The notes below the pieces were generated by a model. That model did not search any database. It was not told where the DNA came from and saw only the letters and a list, made by a program, of their open reading frames with translations. 64,000 nt of DNA, taken from Basidiobolus meristosporus CBS 931.73. Lineage: Eukaryota > Fungi > Basidiobolomycota. The translations under genes were made by a program, and so were the position numbers. This document shows positions 12,496 through 23,770 of this stretch, piece after piece. Location of the stretch: assembly GCA_002104905.1 (NCBI GenBank), contig MCFE01000407.1, positions 1 through 64,000 of the forward strand. The letters run 5' to 3'. The first letter of the stretch is position 1, and each line of letters opens with the position of its first letter.

Positions 12496-12608
12496 ATGGT
12501 CTGTGAGTTGTACGAATAAATAAACGAGTTTCTGTGAAATCGCGCACTTGTGCATGTACGGGGACGGGGATTTATTTACAGATTTGGAAGCAACAAAAAT
12601 AAATTCGG
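12496..12608. terminator. Short shared terminator between convergent genes
   Basis: 113 nt between the two stop codons. AATAAATAAA on the plus strand (~12516) and TTTATT (AATAAA on minus, ~12571). Confidence 0.5.
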
Positions 12609-15600
12609 TTATCTTGGGTCCTCCCCGACCTCCACCTCGTCGCTGAGCCTTTGGGTTTGGATGGTTTTTCTCACTTCTTCGACCTCGACGTCCGATTCAA
12701 CCTCCTCCCCCGTTGGTTCCAGGTGGCTGGACGTCGGGCGCCCCTTACGCTGGCCCGCCTCGAACACTCGGCTTCCCTTGGGGGTGCGCTTTCCATTGAC
12801 GAACCGAGATTTCACCTTCTTCGACCATTTCTTCTCGTCGTGGGAGCTCACCACCGTAGGCCCCCCGAAGATCCCGCTCAAGGCGGCGCTCTTGGATTGC
12901 TTGGAGCCTTGCAGGCCGAGGATCTGGTAGATGTGGTAATTCGGCCCGGAGAAGTAGCTTTTCGACGGGTGCAGGGATTGCGGGGAGATCCCGATGCTTG
13001 CGCCGATGACGTTTCGGGAGGGCAGGGTGGCGGCCTTCGCCTTGAGCACCTGCTGTAGCCGTGAAGTCAGCCCCATCGGTTTCGTGGCTGTGGCGAAGCT
13101 TGGCAGCGGCTTGGAGAAGTAGGTGGAGAGTTTGTCGTCGAGGAACGGGCCCAACTTGTGCTGCAACGAGCATGTGGAGGCCAGAGCCCGGGCGCGCGGC
13201 AATGGGATCCTAAAGCAACTGGTGAGACCGGTGGAATTCGCCGGGATGAGCTTAGATGGCTTACCATGTACCAAAGAGTTGGCTATCCACTTTCCTGACG
13301 CGGACCCTACCTACCTCCAGGCTGAGCACTATGGTCCGCTCGCTCTCCGTCTCCACTCCCCCGAGCATGAGCAGTTTGGTGCCGTTCACGTAGCCAGAGT
13401 CGAAGCGACGCATCAGCTGGATGGTGTCGTCGCTGTTCGGCCCGTTCGACAGGTAGGTGACGTAGACAGGCGTGGATTCGATCTCAGTCAAATAGATGGC
13501 CGGTGTGGTGGGGGTGCGCGTGGGGATGAGGCTCTCCTCAACCGAACCTTCGCTTCTGCTGGGCGAATGGACGGCCGAGGTAGAGGGAGCCAAGTCGGCC
13601 GTCTCTGGCGGGCTGTTTAGTGAGCCGGGCTCCTCGTCGTCTTGGTCGAGGCTGATGTAAGTATCCGCGTCGAGACCCTCGACATTATCCTCTGCACCAC
13701 AAGGGCCGGTATTCTCAGACTGCGCGCTGGCTTTGGCAGAATACGGGTCTCATCCTCCAGATTGCTCTCCTGAGCAAAGTCGTATTCGGGAGTGGGGTTT
13801 GTTGTCAGTATGCCGCTCAATTCTACGAGGTGTTTGTCCATCTCGACGGGGTCGTACATCGTTTCTGGTAATCGGGCTGTCGTTAGTCCTACTCGACTTG
13901 GTCTCTAGCTTGCTGATGCCTTACCTCGGTTTTCACTCAGCGGGTCACGACTCAAGAGTTGCTGGATGTGGGGCACGTCTTGTATACCGTACTCAGCTGC
14001 CAGTTGACGAGCGCGCTCCAGAGACACCCTGTCGAGTTGGAAATGCTTCGTATGAGCGGGTGCGCTGCAGGATACAGATTGGGAGGGGAGAACTTACCAG
14101 ACCCCACGGCATTCCGGTGGGCCGTTGCGTATCACCACGAACCGAGTGTAGGCGTCGTTTCGCTCGGGCTTCCCGTGGCTTTCGTAGGTGCGAGCGGCTT
14201 TGCGCAGCAGACTGGCGTTGCAGAAATCCTTGTGACGGCTTTCCTCCAAGATGACCACGGATCGCCCGTGGCATTTGGGATCATTCGGTGGGGTGGCGAC
14301 GTTGGAGTGGAACCGCATCAGTCTGTAGGGCGGCTCGGGCAGTACGACTTCGTACACCTGGATGTTCGAATAGATCTTGTTGGTCACTTTTGGGATGAAC
14401 TCATCGATGGTGAGCGACATCGGATACGCTCCTTCCAAAGGATCATCAGAGGCGCCCCCTGTGGTCATCGCTGTATGGCTGCTGGCATTCGAGGAGGATG
14501 TGACCTCTGGAACAGCGGCACAGGGTTCGTGTGTATCATTCAGTGGCTCGGCATCGACATCCATCAAAGAAACATCACCTTGTGAGGGGAGCCGGGGATC
14601 GTCGCAATGCTTCGAAATATCCATGGAGCCTTGAGGGTTTTCGGGCCTCGTGATGTCGTGAGATAGGTGCGTTCGCATAGGGGAATGATCTTCGAATAGT
14701 CGTCTAGGGGTGAGGTCATGTCTGCGTGGAGACCCATTGAAAATCTCGTCCAACTCCGACATCGGGAGCGTTTCGGGGTTGTTCAGGTCCATCAGCGGGG
14801 CGTATGCAGAATCGGCGGCGAATTCGTCGCCGAAGTTTGGAATGAGATGAGAGTCGAACTCCCGACCAAAAAGTGACGCCGTGTCAGGTGTCAACAGGAC
14901 GGCATTCTCCTGACTGAGCTCTGTTTCGGCGGCTTTGCGAGCGGGGGTACGCGGGGCAGTGTTAGAGGGTCCTGGGTTGGCTCGGTTGCCCGCCGTGTTG
15001 GACGATGCTCGTTGAGCTGATGGTGGTGGGCTGGCTTTGTTCTGCTTCGTTGCCAGTGGGTCGGCCTCATAGCTGTCCATGTACCAATCGCCGTTCATCA
15101 TCTCCTCGAAGTAATCGCTATATTCTCCATCCAGCGGCGGCTCCTTGATGGCCTCGCGGGACTCCAGGGAGGCGGTGGCCAACGGTTGGGAAAAGGATGG
15201 GTCGCACGAGAGAGCACCCCCAGTGGTCGTAGATGCGTGAAGGTCGGAAGGGCTCTCGTTGCCGGAGTCCGAGTCCACCTCATCGATATCAGCATCGCTT
15301 CCACTCCCCGAGTTGTTGTCGGCGCAGACTCTGGTGGAGCTGCGATAGTGAGCGTGTGGAGCCCACTTTCCTTTTCCCCTCCCCGTCCCCACTCCCGGTC
15401 TAGCCCCAGACAGCATCGTTTTGTATCTCTTGAACACGTGATTCCCCAGCATACTATTCTTACGTTTTTTCAAGAGTATCTTTAGTTTTGGGTAACCCCC
15501 TTCTAGATGAGTGAACTCTTTAAGTGGCTTTAATGGTTGCGGTGGTTGTGGTTGTGGTTGTGAAGGTATGGATGTGAAACGGTCCAGTCCAGCCCTCACT

Positions 15601-16105
15601 GCTTCGTTGGCTAGATAGTAATGGATTTTTCGGGAATGGTGCTCGTCCACTATCCTCGCCAACAGTGGGGCTCTCGGGGGTTTGTGTTCGAGGGCCCTTT
15701 TGAAGTGTTGGGAGATCCGAGAGGAGACGGTAGCGTACGGGGTGGCTCCGCTAGAAGATAAGAAAGAGGTGAGTATATGGGACGAGGGGGTCGGCTATTC
15801 GGTGGCAAGGTGATCAAGGGGGGGGGAGATAGAGAGAGTTTCGTGTGCGACGATACTTACCCAAGAAGTGTGAATCTATGCTTTATGATACAGTTTGCCA
15901 GTTCTTTTGGGGAGCTTGGCTTGTTGTCCAATACCACCAGAGCCTTCAGTATGGCGGTGAAAACCTTGTCTTTGGCGTCATCTGGGTGTAGGATTTCCGA
16001 GGGAAGGGAGAGTGTGGGATGGTTCGGTAAGCTGTTGGAGTTCGGGCCCCCGTCTGAATGGTCTCCCGAGTGCTGAGCATAATCTATCTCTGGATGGAGG
16101 GACAT
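12609..16105 (-). CDS. 1053-aa putative transcription/chromatin factor: N-terminal Gds1-type winged helix plus two APSES/KilA-N domains
   Basis: Exons 16105-15861, 15750-14098, 14028-13925, 13876-13745, 13691-13265 and 13209-12609 are all GT-AG and phase-consistent (3162 nt). Winged helix: KVFTAILKALVVLDNKPSSPKELANCIIKHRFTLLGGATPYATVSSRISQHFKR. APSES-1: YRLMRF..FCNASLLRKAA..GVWVSLERARQLAAEYGI. APSES-2: LMRRFDSGYVNGTKLL..GTWIPLPRARALA. Confidence 0.85.
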
Positions 16106-16643
16106 TATGTGAGGTGGGAAGTATTCACCCGTAAGGCTCGTGGTTGTGTACGAAGGCCACTTGGATGGAAGCAGGATTAGGCAGGTGACTAGGTCTAGAG
16201 GAATATGAAGCAAGCCAGTTGCAAGGTATACAAGGAGAGCAGCTGAAATATATCAGGGACGAGTCTGAGAGGAGCGGAGGGCGGTGGGGGACTGGTCGAC
16301 GTAGAGCCTTGTAACAGCACCCACGGCTGGAAAGGAAACAAAAATAAGGTCGATTGATAGATAGACCCGGTTATACCGGATATCCATCAATTATGGTGAT
16401 TGTGCGGATGGTTCCCAAGTGGGAATTCCCCTACCAACGCACCGCCTATTGTTGCTTTCCGACTATTTTTTTCGGGAATTCTTCTGGAGCATGAATCCCA
16501 ATCTTATTGGGTTTCAAACTTTACCATCGTTTATGGCGCGGTATGATTGGCCGCTGATTCCCATTTAATAATGTACATAGATCTTTATTTACAATGACCG
16601 TGTCTGGCGACAAGTTGGGATGGATGGCCACGAACGAACGGCA

Positions 16644-18704
16644 CTATTTGACCAGCAGCACACACAGTGCCAGCATGAACGACACGAACGACAACGACGG
16701 GGAATCCACCACCACCGCGGATCCGGCGGCGGCAACGGCGTTGATGGCTCTTGCTGGAATGGATGTCAGTATCGGGAGAGGCGCGCGTGGGGTGGTTGGG
16801 GACCGGGGCTACTTACGGGAGCAGTCGAGATGGCACTGAAATGCCAGCGTGCCGCGATCACTAATCCTATCGTTGGACGGACAGCCGTTGAGGGGATTAG
16901 GTTGCACCTTGCAGAAGGTCAGGTTCTTCGGGGCGGGGACGTCGGGGAAAATGCTGTTGAGCGCGTTGAGATGAATGGCTCTGGAGGGGGATGTTTAAGT
17001 GACCGCGCAGTCAGGGACAGCAATGAGAGACACGAACAAACGCTGAAGTCGCTCCAGGTCACCCAGAGAGCCTGGGACCGGCCCCGCAAGCTGGTTCTGA
17101 GAAAGGTCACTGGCCGATATGGGTTAGTGGGAATCCGCGGTGGGTCAGGGCGATCACTTACAGTCGCTCGAGGTTTTTCAGCTCGCCGATGGTACTGGGA
17201 ATGGATCCGATGAGCTTGTTGTGCGACATGTCACTAGGATCGAGATGTTTAGAACACACGGGGGATGAGCGGATCCAATTGGTGTGGCACATACAGGGTC
17301 ATCAAATTGGTTAGACCGGTATACGGGCCGGGGATGTTCCCTTGGATCTTGTTATGGCTTATGGAACTAGAGTAGATCAGGTTAGCGATGGCGCTGGCGA
17401 TGGCGATGTGATTGGTAACGCCACTGACATGACTCGAAGCTCGACGCATCGTGCTAAGCCTTCGGGCAAGGGTCCTTCCAGCATGTTATGCCTCAAATAT
17501 CTTTCGCCGAGGCGCATTAGTGTTGTATCGGTATTTGAGACAATGCGGAACTTACAATGAACGCAGCTTGGCCAGGTTTCCAATGGCGTCGGGGAGATTC
17601 CCTCGGAGTTGATTGTAATCTAGGGAGCTAACCGGTTGGGTAAGAAGGTCATTTCGGGAGAAGATCGCAAGCGACGAGCCTCGTACAGAATCTCCAGACT
17701 ACTCAGCTTGAAGATCACCGGTGGGAGAGCATCGGCAAACTGGTTGCTGCTCAGGAATCTGTCATGTACGTTGGTTAGCCGGTGGCTGGTGCGCATGGGA
17801 AATCCTGTAGAACCCACAATCCCCTGAGATTCATTAAGCGATCCATGGATTCCGGAAGACTGGTGAACGAGTTGTTCTTCAGATGCCTACGAAGCCTGGG
17901 TGAGTTTGAGGTCATCGGGGATGGGCACAGATACTCACAGGCTTTGCAGGCTGCTCATCCCGCCCACGAAATCTCCGATTGCCCCGCCGAGGTTATTCTC
18001 GTCCAGATTCCTGTGGTGCGGGTGGTTAGTACACCGGATGGGCCAACGGATCGCCAGACAGCCCTTACAGGGAGAGGAGTGTCGACAGCGCGCCAAAGGA
18101 GTTCGGAAGCGGCCCAGACAGCTGATTCTTGCTGAGATCTCTGAAGGAGAAACGCGTTTAGATCCTCTTCCAACCACGAAGACTACACACTGCAGACGAA
18201 CAAAATAAGTAAGCTTGATAGTTGCCCGATTTCAGCGGGGATTGCTCCCGAGACACCATTTGCCGAGAGTCGAATCGCCTTGACTCTCCCACTGTTGTTG
18301 CATGCGATGCCATGCCAGCTGCAGCAGCTCAGGGGATCCTGTGAGTCCCAGCCATCTTTGTTGAGCCACATGAGGCCATTCATGGTGGAATAGATCGTTC
18401 TCAGGACCCTGCAGTCTGCTAGTAGGCTTGTCTGCTGGGCCTCGTTTAGCGTGACACCAGGGGGGAGGCCCGCGACGACAATTCCCCCTGGGCTGCGGGC
18501 TTCCTGTTCTGAGGGAGTCTCGACGACATCGATGTCTTCAGGAGGCTCCGGAAGCTCATCAGAGGCTCCGGGGAGGGGCTGACCATCAGAGGGTCGTGGG
18601 CCCGGTTCGTCCGAAGTGCCTTTCCCCCCTGGTTCTTGGGAAGAAGCCAAGTTGTTTAAGAGTAGCCAAGAGCTGAGGATCAGCCAAATCAATCGAAGTT
18701 CCAT
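16644..18704 (-). CDS. Secreted plant-type leucine-rich-repeat protein (473 aa, 12 exons) with probable GPI-anchor signal
   Basis: Signal peptide MELRLIWLILSSWLLLNNLASS, acidic/Pro linker, LRRNT cap (W..QDPLSCCSWHGIAC), about ten LxLxxNxLxGxIPxxxGxL repeats, a Cys-rich cap, and hydrophobic tail SLSFVSFMLALCVLLVK*. Exons: 18704-18202, 18140-18069, 18010-17939, 17886-17818, 17758-17687, 17627-17556, 17500-17429, 17366-17295, 17233-17162, 17109-17038, 16980-16817, 16753-16644. Confidence 0.9.
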
Positions 18705-18746
18705 CTTTCTTCTGATCCACAAAGGTAGCCACCTGACCTCGCTAGC

Positions 18747-18754
18747 TTTTTATA
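18747..18754 (-). promoter_or_regulatory. Probable TATA box of the LRR gene
   Basis: TATAAAAA on the minus strand about 45 nt upstream of ATG 18704. Confidence 0.45.
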
Positions 18755-20066
18755 GAAGCCATTGGCCATATGTAGTAACCTGGGCGTGGAGAACCCAAGG
18801 TTGTCTCCAGCTTGCCTAATCCATCTTTGCAGTGGTTGGGGGACCCATGTAAGTGACTGCGCATACCGAAGAGCAACGTGCCACCTGGAAAAGGTTGCAT
18901 TGAAGAGCCAGACGGCGTGGGCTAGCACCAACATCATTCGTGCACTGCAACACACATGTGAAGAGGACGATCGCGCGCTTCCGTGCTCGTCCCGCATGCG
19001 GTCCCGGCGAAGAGGATTCACCAGCAGCTGACCAATGCCAAGGTGAAACTGGAGAAGATCCCTCAATGCAGCCGCATGGATCGGAGAAACCATCAGTGAA
19101 AGGAACCTCCCATAGACAAATAATGGTTCCCAGATCGGCCAAGTAGCCGCGCGAGTGTTGTCGATATCTAGAACATCCACATCCGCATTCACAACCGCAT
19201 CCACATCCACGGTGATTCACAATTACGTGGACGCGTGAGGAGTTCGCCAATGAACCAAGATAACTGCGCAACACTGTCGGCCAATGCCAACGGCCGCTCT
19301 GCGCGAGGCCTAGATTTCGGAATTCCAAGGCGGAGCAGAGATAGGCGGCAGCTGGATGAAACCCTAATCATCGGAAGATCAGCGAGCAGGACGTGCGCTG
19401 AAGCTGCTCACAAATCGAGCAGCGTGTTCCACTCACCCGGCGAGTTATGGAAATCGGTTTCGCACCATTTTAGGCTCCAACCATCTCGGAATCCGGGGCC
19501 ACCGATAGGTTCCTGAAAACACCACGGCTCGGCCTGCTGTTCCAGCAACGGATCGAGCTCAATCTCAAAAGGAACCAGCCATCCACTATCCACTATCCAC
19601 CGTCGACCGTCGACCGTCCACCCGCCACCAACCTCGAGTCAGCACTCCTGGCGCCGCTCCAACGGCCATGGCGAACGTTCCCGATTTCATCACGAGAATG
19701 TGGCGAATTTAATACTGCATAGCTCGTTTGTACCAACCATACGTTGATACAAAGCATCATCGGGCTGCCAATCAGCTGGGGCTGCATAGCATGGATCGGT
19801 CAAACTGGATTGCTCTTCCAGAACGGCAACAACAAAGCTTCATGCGATTTGCATTTAGATCTCGCTCAGCCTCACTACGCTCGGCGGCGATTCAGTTCCT
19901 TTGCCCGGTCATATTGGATCCGTATAAATTAAAATACCCGGGTTTCACAAAAATAAACTAGCTGCGCCTTGATAGTCTGCTTGGCGTAGAGATCCAAGGC
20001 ACTGCTTGGTTGGACCGATACATCACCCAGCCCTCTTCACCTCCCCCGCTTCCTCTCCCGTGGCCA

Positions 20067-20150
20067 ATGGATCATCCTTGCCATTCCATTCCTTCCCCCA
20101 CCGAGAACCAACACCGGCCGAATATAAATTCGACGTGGATCCACTGCTGA
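20067..20150 (+). promoter_or_regulatory. Candidate upstream ORF (27 codons) in the bZIP gene leader
   Basis: Only ATG between the TATAAA at 19923 and the main ATG at 20168. It is out of frame and its TGA ends 17 nt before the main start. Confidence 0.4.
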
Positions 20151-20167
20151 CTTCTGTTTCACCGCAT

Positions 20168-21292
20168 ATGATTACTGAACCATTGCCCACCCCCACCCCC
20201 ATCCACACGCTAATGGATCAGTTTGCCAACGGTAAGAATGGTGCAATGAACGAGGGGGCCGAGTTCAATCCAGTTTTCTCCGCCGATTATCTAAGCAACA
20301 GCGACAACGATGCCGACCCTCTTCACTACGACAACTCGAACATCTCCGACACCCACAACAGCGTGAGCGAGGACGAGTTCCTCATGAACTACAACTTCGG
20401 CTCCAACGTCGTCACCCAGCCCAACTTCACCCACGACATGATCGCCCAGAGCTCGCTCGCTCCATCAGCCGATTTCGACTCGCGATTGAGCTCCAGCAAG
20501 TTCGACTGGAGCTCCTTCAGCAACCCCGGCCCCAACGGGCCCATCCCCGGCGTACCCATGAGCAACATGCCCATCCTCGTGAGCAACCCCTTCGACCCGA
20601 CGTCCCAGCGTCGCTCCAGCCTTCCCGGGGACTCCGACGGGGCGGACTTCGCCGCGATCGGGGACCTGAACCACCGGAAGCGCGTCTTCTCCTGGGCCGA
20701 CATGAACCATACCAGCTATTTCGGCCCCGACATGGACTTTGCCCAATCAGTGCGCCGCTCTTCCGTCAACATCCCACTTCAAGACGTGCGCAACCATGCC
20801 TCCTACATGAACCCATACGCTGCCAAGGTCCCCACCCACCTGAACCTCGCCCAGCCCCATCCCCATCCCGCCCCCAACTCCAGCGAGCCAAATCGCCATG
20901 GCTTCCCGCTGGACGAGGCGCTGTCGAACTCTCCCTCCTTCCCCACAGAAGATGTCAAGCACAAGACGAAAAGCAAGAAGTCAAGGAGCGCGGCCATGGC
21001 CGCCCCGGAGAAGAAGCACCTACCGAACGGGGTGGACAGCCTTGGGCCCGAGGCCCCACAGCAGTCGGTGGTGGAGCGCCGCCTGAACCGGAGGCGGGAG
21101 AGGAACCGACTGGCCGCGCGACGCAGCAGGGAGAAACGCACCCAGTTCTTGAGGGACCTCGAGGGGTTGAACGACTCCCTTCGTAACGAGAACAACGCAC
21201 TCAAAGGGAAGCTTTGTGAGGTGCTGCGGGAGCTGGAGATGTTGCGTGGGTCGGCCACACAGGAGGGGAGCTCCGCTTCCAATCATTCCTGA
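20168..21292 (+). CDS. bZIP transcription factor (C-terminal basic region and leucine zipper), intronless from first in-frame ATG, 374 aa
   Basis: RRRERNRLAARRSREKR followed by heptad leucines L..LEGLNDSLRNENNALKGKL; acidic/Asn/Ser-rich N-terminal region. The frame is also open upstream back to 19976, so the true start is uncertain. Confidence 0.9.
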   Translation: MITEPLPTPTPIHTLMDQFANGKNGAMNEGAEFNPVFSADYLSNSDNDADPLHYDNSNISDTHNSVSEDEFLMNYNFGSNVVTQPNFTHDMIAQSSLAPSADFDSRLSSSKFDWSSFSNPGPNGPIPGVPMSNMPILVSNPFDPTSQRRSSLPGDSDGADFAAIGDLNHRKRVFSWADMNHTSYFGPDMDFAQSVRRSSVNIPLQDVRNHASYMNPYAAKVPTHLNLAQPHPHPAPNSSEPNRHGFPLDEALSNSPSFPTEDVKHKTKSKKSRSAAMAAPEKKHLPNGVDSLGPEAPQQSVVERRLNRRRERNRLAARRSREKRTQFLRDLEGLNDSLRNENNALKGKLCEVLRELEMLRGSATQEGSSASNHS

Positions 21293-21349
21293 CTCGGAAC
21301 ATCCTCTAGACAACATGCGATCCCCATCACCCACATCCGGCACACTCCA

Positions 21350-22230
21350 TTTCCATCCAACTTACCCTTCCACCACCAACGCCAACACCAACACCAACCA
21401 ACACCATCCCCTTCCCTATCCCCCATCCCCCAAACACCTTCAACCCCAACTCCACCACCACCGCGAACATGTCCGCTACTGATTGCGTTCACCGTGTAAA
21501 AATGATCGAGCCCATGTACAATTACTCCCTTGCTTTTGGGGTCCCTTCCAGTGCACGGTCTATTTAATGCTGTATTATAGAGTGCGTTTTTCAAGTCCCG
21601 TCCCCGTTCCCGTTCCCGTTCGTGTTTTGGCCCCTCCATTCATCGGCCTAATAAAGCGACCATTCCTCGAAGACATCCACTCGTTCGGTGTGCTCCCTTC
21701 GTTCTCCATCCAACCCTCGCTCAGTCGTTCATCCCCCTACCTTACCATCTTTCCATCACCATCACCATCCCCATCCCCACCACGGGGTCGCCCCGCCCCC
21801 GCCTATCCTATCGACATCGGGCTGATACATGGCAATGGCTCTGGAAATGTTCCAATACGTCCCCAGGGTCGTTCCACCGGCTGATTGGACGTCAGGTAGG
21901 GTTGAACGGAGTCGGAATTGGAACGGGAAGCTTCGAATGGGGAGGGGCGAGAACGCTAATGGGTGCCCGGCAGCATGAGGTCGCATTCCCCGCTGGCGGA
22001 GCGAGGGACATGGGAAGGCGGAGGGAGGGGTGGGAGCGGGGGGGAGAGAAGGGGCGGTCGGGGGATCGGGGATAGGTTACGTAGGGAACATCGAGGCCAT
22101 GGATTGGTGCGCTCTCCTCGCACTCAAGTCCACCCAACCTCGTGCGATAAAACCTGGCCCCCTCCTACGCCCACCCTATCCTGGCCCCCTTCCCGTTTCC
22201 ATTCCCATTCCCATTCCCACCATCCCCCAC
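21350..22230. repeat. Low-complexity hexamer tracts (CCAACA, CCCGTT, CCATCA/CCATCC, CCCATT)
   Basis: Short imperfect microsatellites at ~21372-21470, 21597-21622, 21751-21785 and 22193-22222; similar tracts at 19176-19210 and 19581-19625. Confidence 0.7.
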
Positions 22231-22419
22231 GGGAACTCCCTTCCACTTTCGGCCATGGATCTCCCGGTCCCTCCCGTCTCCGGTGTTCCGGGCGCAGCGC
22301 CCATTCCCCTGGGGACCGATCCTGTCCCTCACGCTGGCTTGTCCACCCAACCGCCGGGAATCCGGTCATCGGCTGATCCTTCAACCGGCACGCATTCAAC
22401 AATGCTAACACTGACATGG

Positions 22420-22800
22420 AAATCTCTACTGGTGCACCATCCAAGGCCTCTTTTACTGCTTGGTGCTTGGCAACCTGAACCGAACAGGCATAGACCAATA
22501 GTGTACCCTTTTCATGGCTATCCTTTGGACCATCTTCGGATCTGGCTGGATCTTTGGCCCTGGATCACTGGTGTGAAGTTCTGTTGGAGGAAGAGTTCTC
22601 CATGATCCTACTCTGGCCTGAATTCAATCCTTGGTGGACTTGCAACCATATTTTGGCCATCATTCAAGGCAATGTGGGGTGAGGTGTCTGCCCTGGAACA
22701 GAACAAACCTGTCATTGATATGGCTGGGTTTCCTACCTGGATGATCTGGAGTTGAGAGTCATCATTGTTACCCCCTGAAATATATGGCCCTATCCTCCTG
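22420..22800 (+). mobile_element. Second decayed DIRS-like reverse transcriptase fragment
   Basis: Motifs in order across frames: LLLLGAWQPEP (cf. LLEKGAIEPV), HLRIWLDLWP (cf. RPILDLR), VDLQPYFGH (cf. IDLKDAYFH), RCLP, KPVID, VSYLDDL (~22726-22746). Confidence 0.5.
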
Positions 22801-22819
22801 ACATACCCTTCTCTCTGCT

Positions 22820-23770
22820 CATGACTGAAGAGTTAATGCATTGCTCATGTTGGAAAGCTTTTGCCCCCACTGATTCCCCCATCTTAAGTATCACTGGTTG
22901 TGGATTGATTCCATATTCTAACTATTGGCTTATTGATTGCCAGCACTGCTGTAACTGTGTGCTGAACTTCTGTACATTTCCACTATGGAAAAATAATCTC
23001 CTTGGTGTTGGTAATTGGACAGTAGTAATGTGTGTGAGTGGTGGAGTACATTCTTAGGATTTTGCATGTCTCATAGTAACATCATTCATTGTGTCCAAAA
23101 AGCCAGCCATCATGCAGATGGCTTGGGTCTCTTCAATTCATATAGTGTTATGTGCTTTGACATGACAGCTACTCACTGGTATCCCACCAGATTGCATATC
23201 AAACTCATCCAGTAATCAATAGGGGTAACTATCCAGGCATGGTGGTGCCTGAGGCCCAGATATCAATGAGACAACCATCAGATTTCTCCTTTGATACCAA
23301 GAGATTGGTGGTAGATTCAGGTTGCTGAGAATCAGTGGCCAGTAGGATTTGCTGGTAAAGTGCTTGTTTGATGAGGATCCATCAAGAGCCAAGGCAAAGG
23401 CATAGCCATGCATACCTTCTAAGCAGCCCTTACTTCTCAGTTGTTTGCAATGTTGTTTTCAACTGTATTGGGAGTGCCTGCACTTGATTGATACTGAGGG
23501 TGATACCTTATAGCCTCACAATATTTGTTGGACTGCATGTGCTTCTTCATGTTGTAAGGGTTCTGGAGATTTGCAAAGTGATTGGGAGAACAAGTAGATC
23601 CTGTAGTTTTCACTTTGTGATCTAATGAATGAAAAAGTGGTATTTTACTTCCACAAGGTATTGGCAAAGTGAACACATAAAACATGATCAGAAAAGTCCC
23701 AAGAGCATGTGAGCAGTGTCTGGGGCTGCATGGACAATCTTTGAGAAATTTCATGCTCTGGACACTGGAT
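22820..23770 (-). mobile_element. CACTA/CMC-type (Tnp2-like) transposase remnant
   Basis: AFALALDG..SYWPLILSNLNLPP..NLMVVSLISGPQAP..LDSY is the Tnp2-family signature. Homologous to the copies at 46.6-49.2 kb and 62.4-63.5 kb. Confidence 0.75.

Noticed and set aside
11533-12555. 340-aa minus-strand ORF
   Set aside because: Antisense shadow of FBA1 caused by C/G-ending codon bias; no domain-like content.
12651-14585. Several 130-210-aa plus-strand ORFs (12651, 13123, 13733, 13959)
   Set aside because: They overlap the well-supported minus-strand winged-helix/APSES gene and lack motifs.
16620-17213. 197-aa plus-strand ORF
   Set aside because: Antisense to the LRR gene exons and introns; GC-rich chance ORF.
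18689-19593. Cluster of 60-170-aa ORFs on both strands
   Set aside because: No recognisable motifs or consistent splice pattern; best read as the divergent promoter region of the LRR and bZIP genes.
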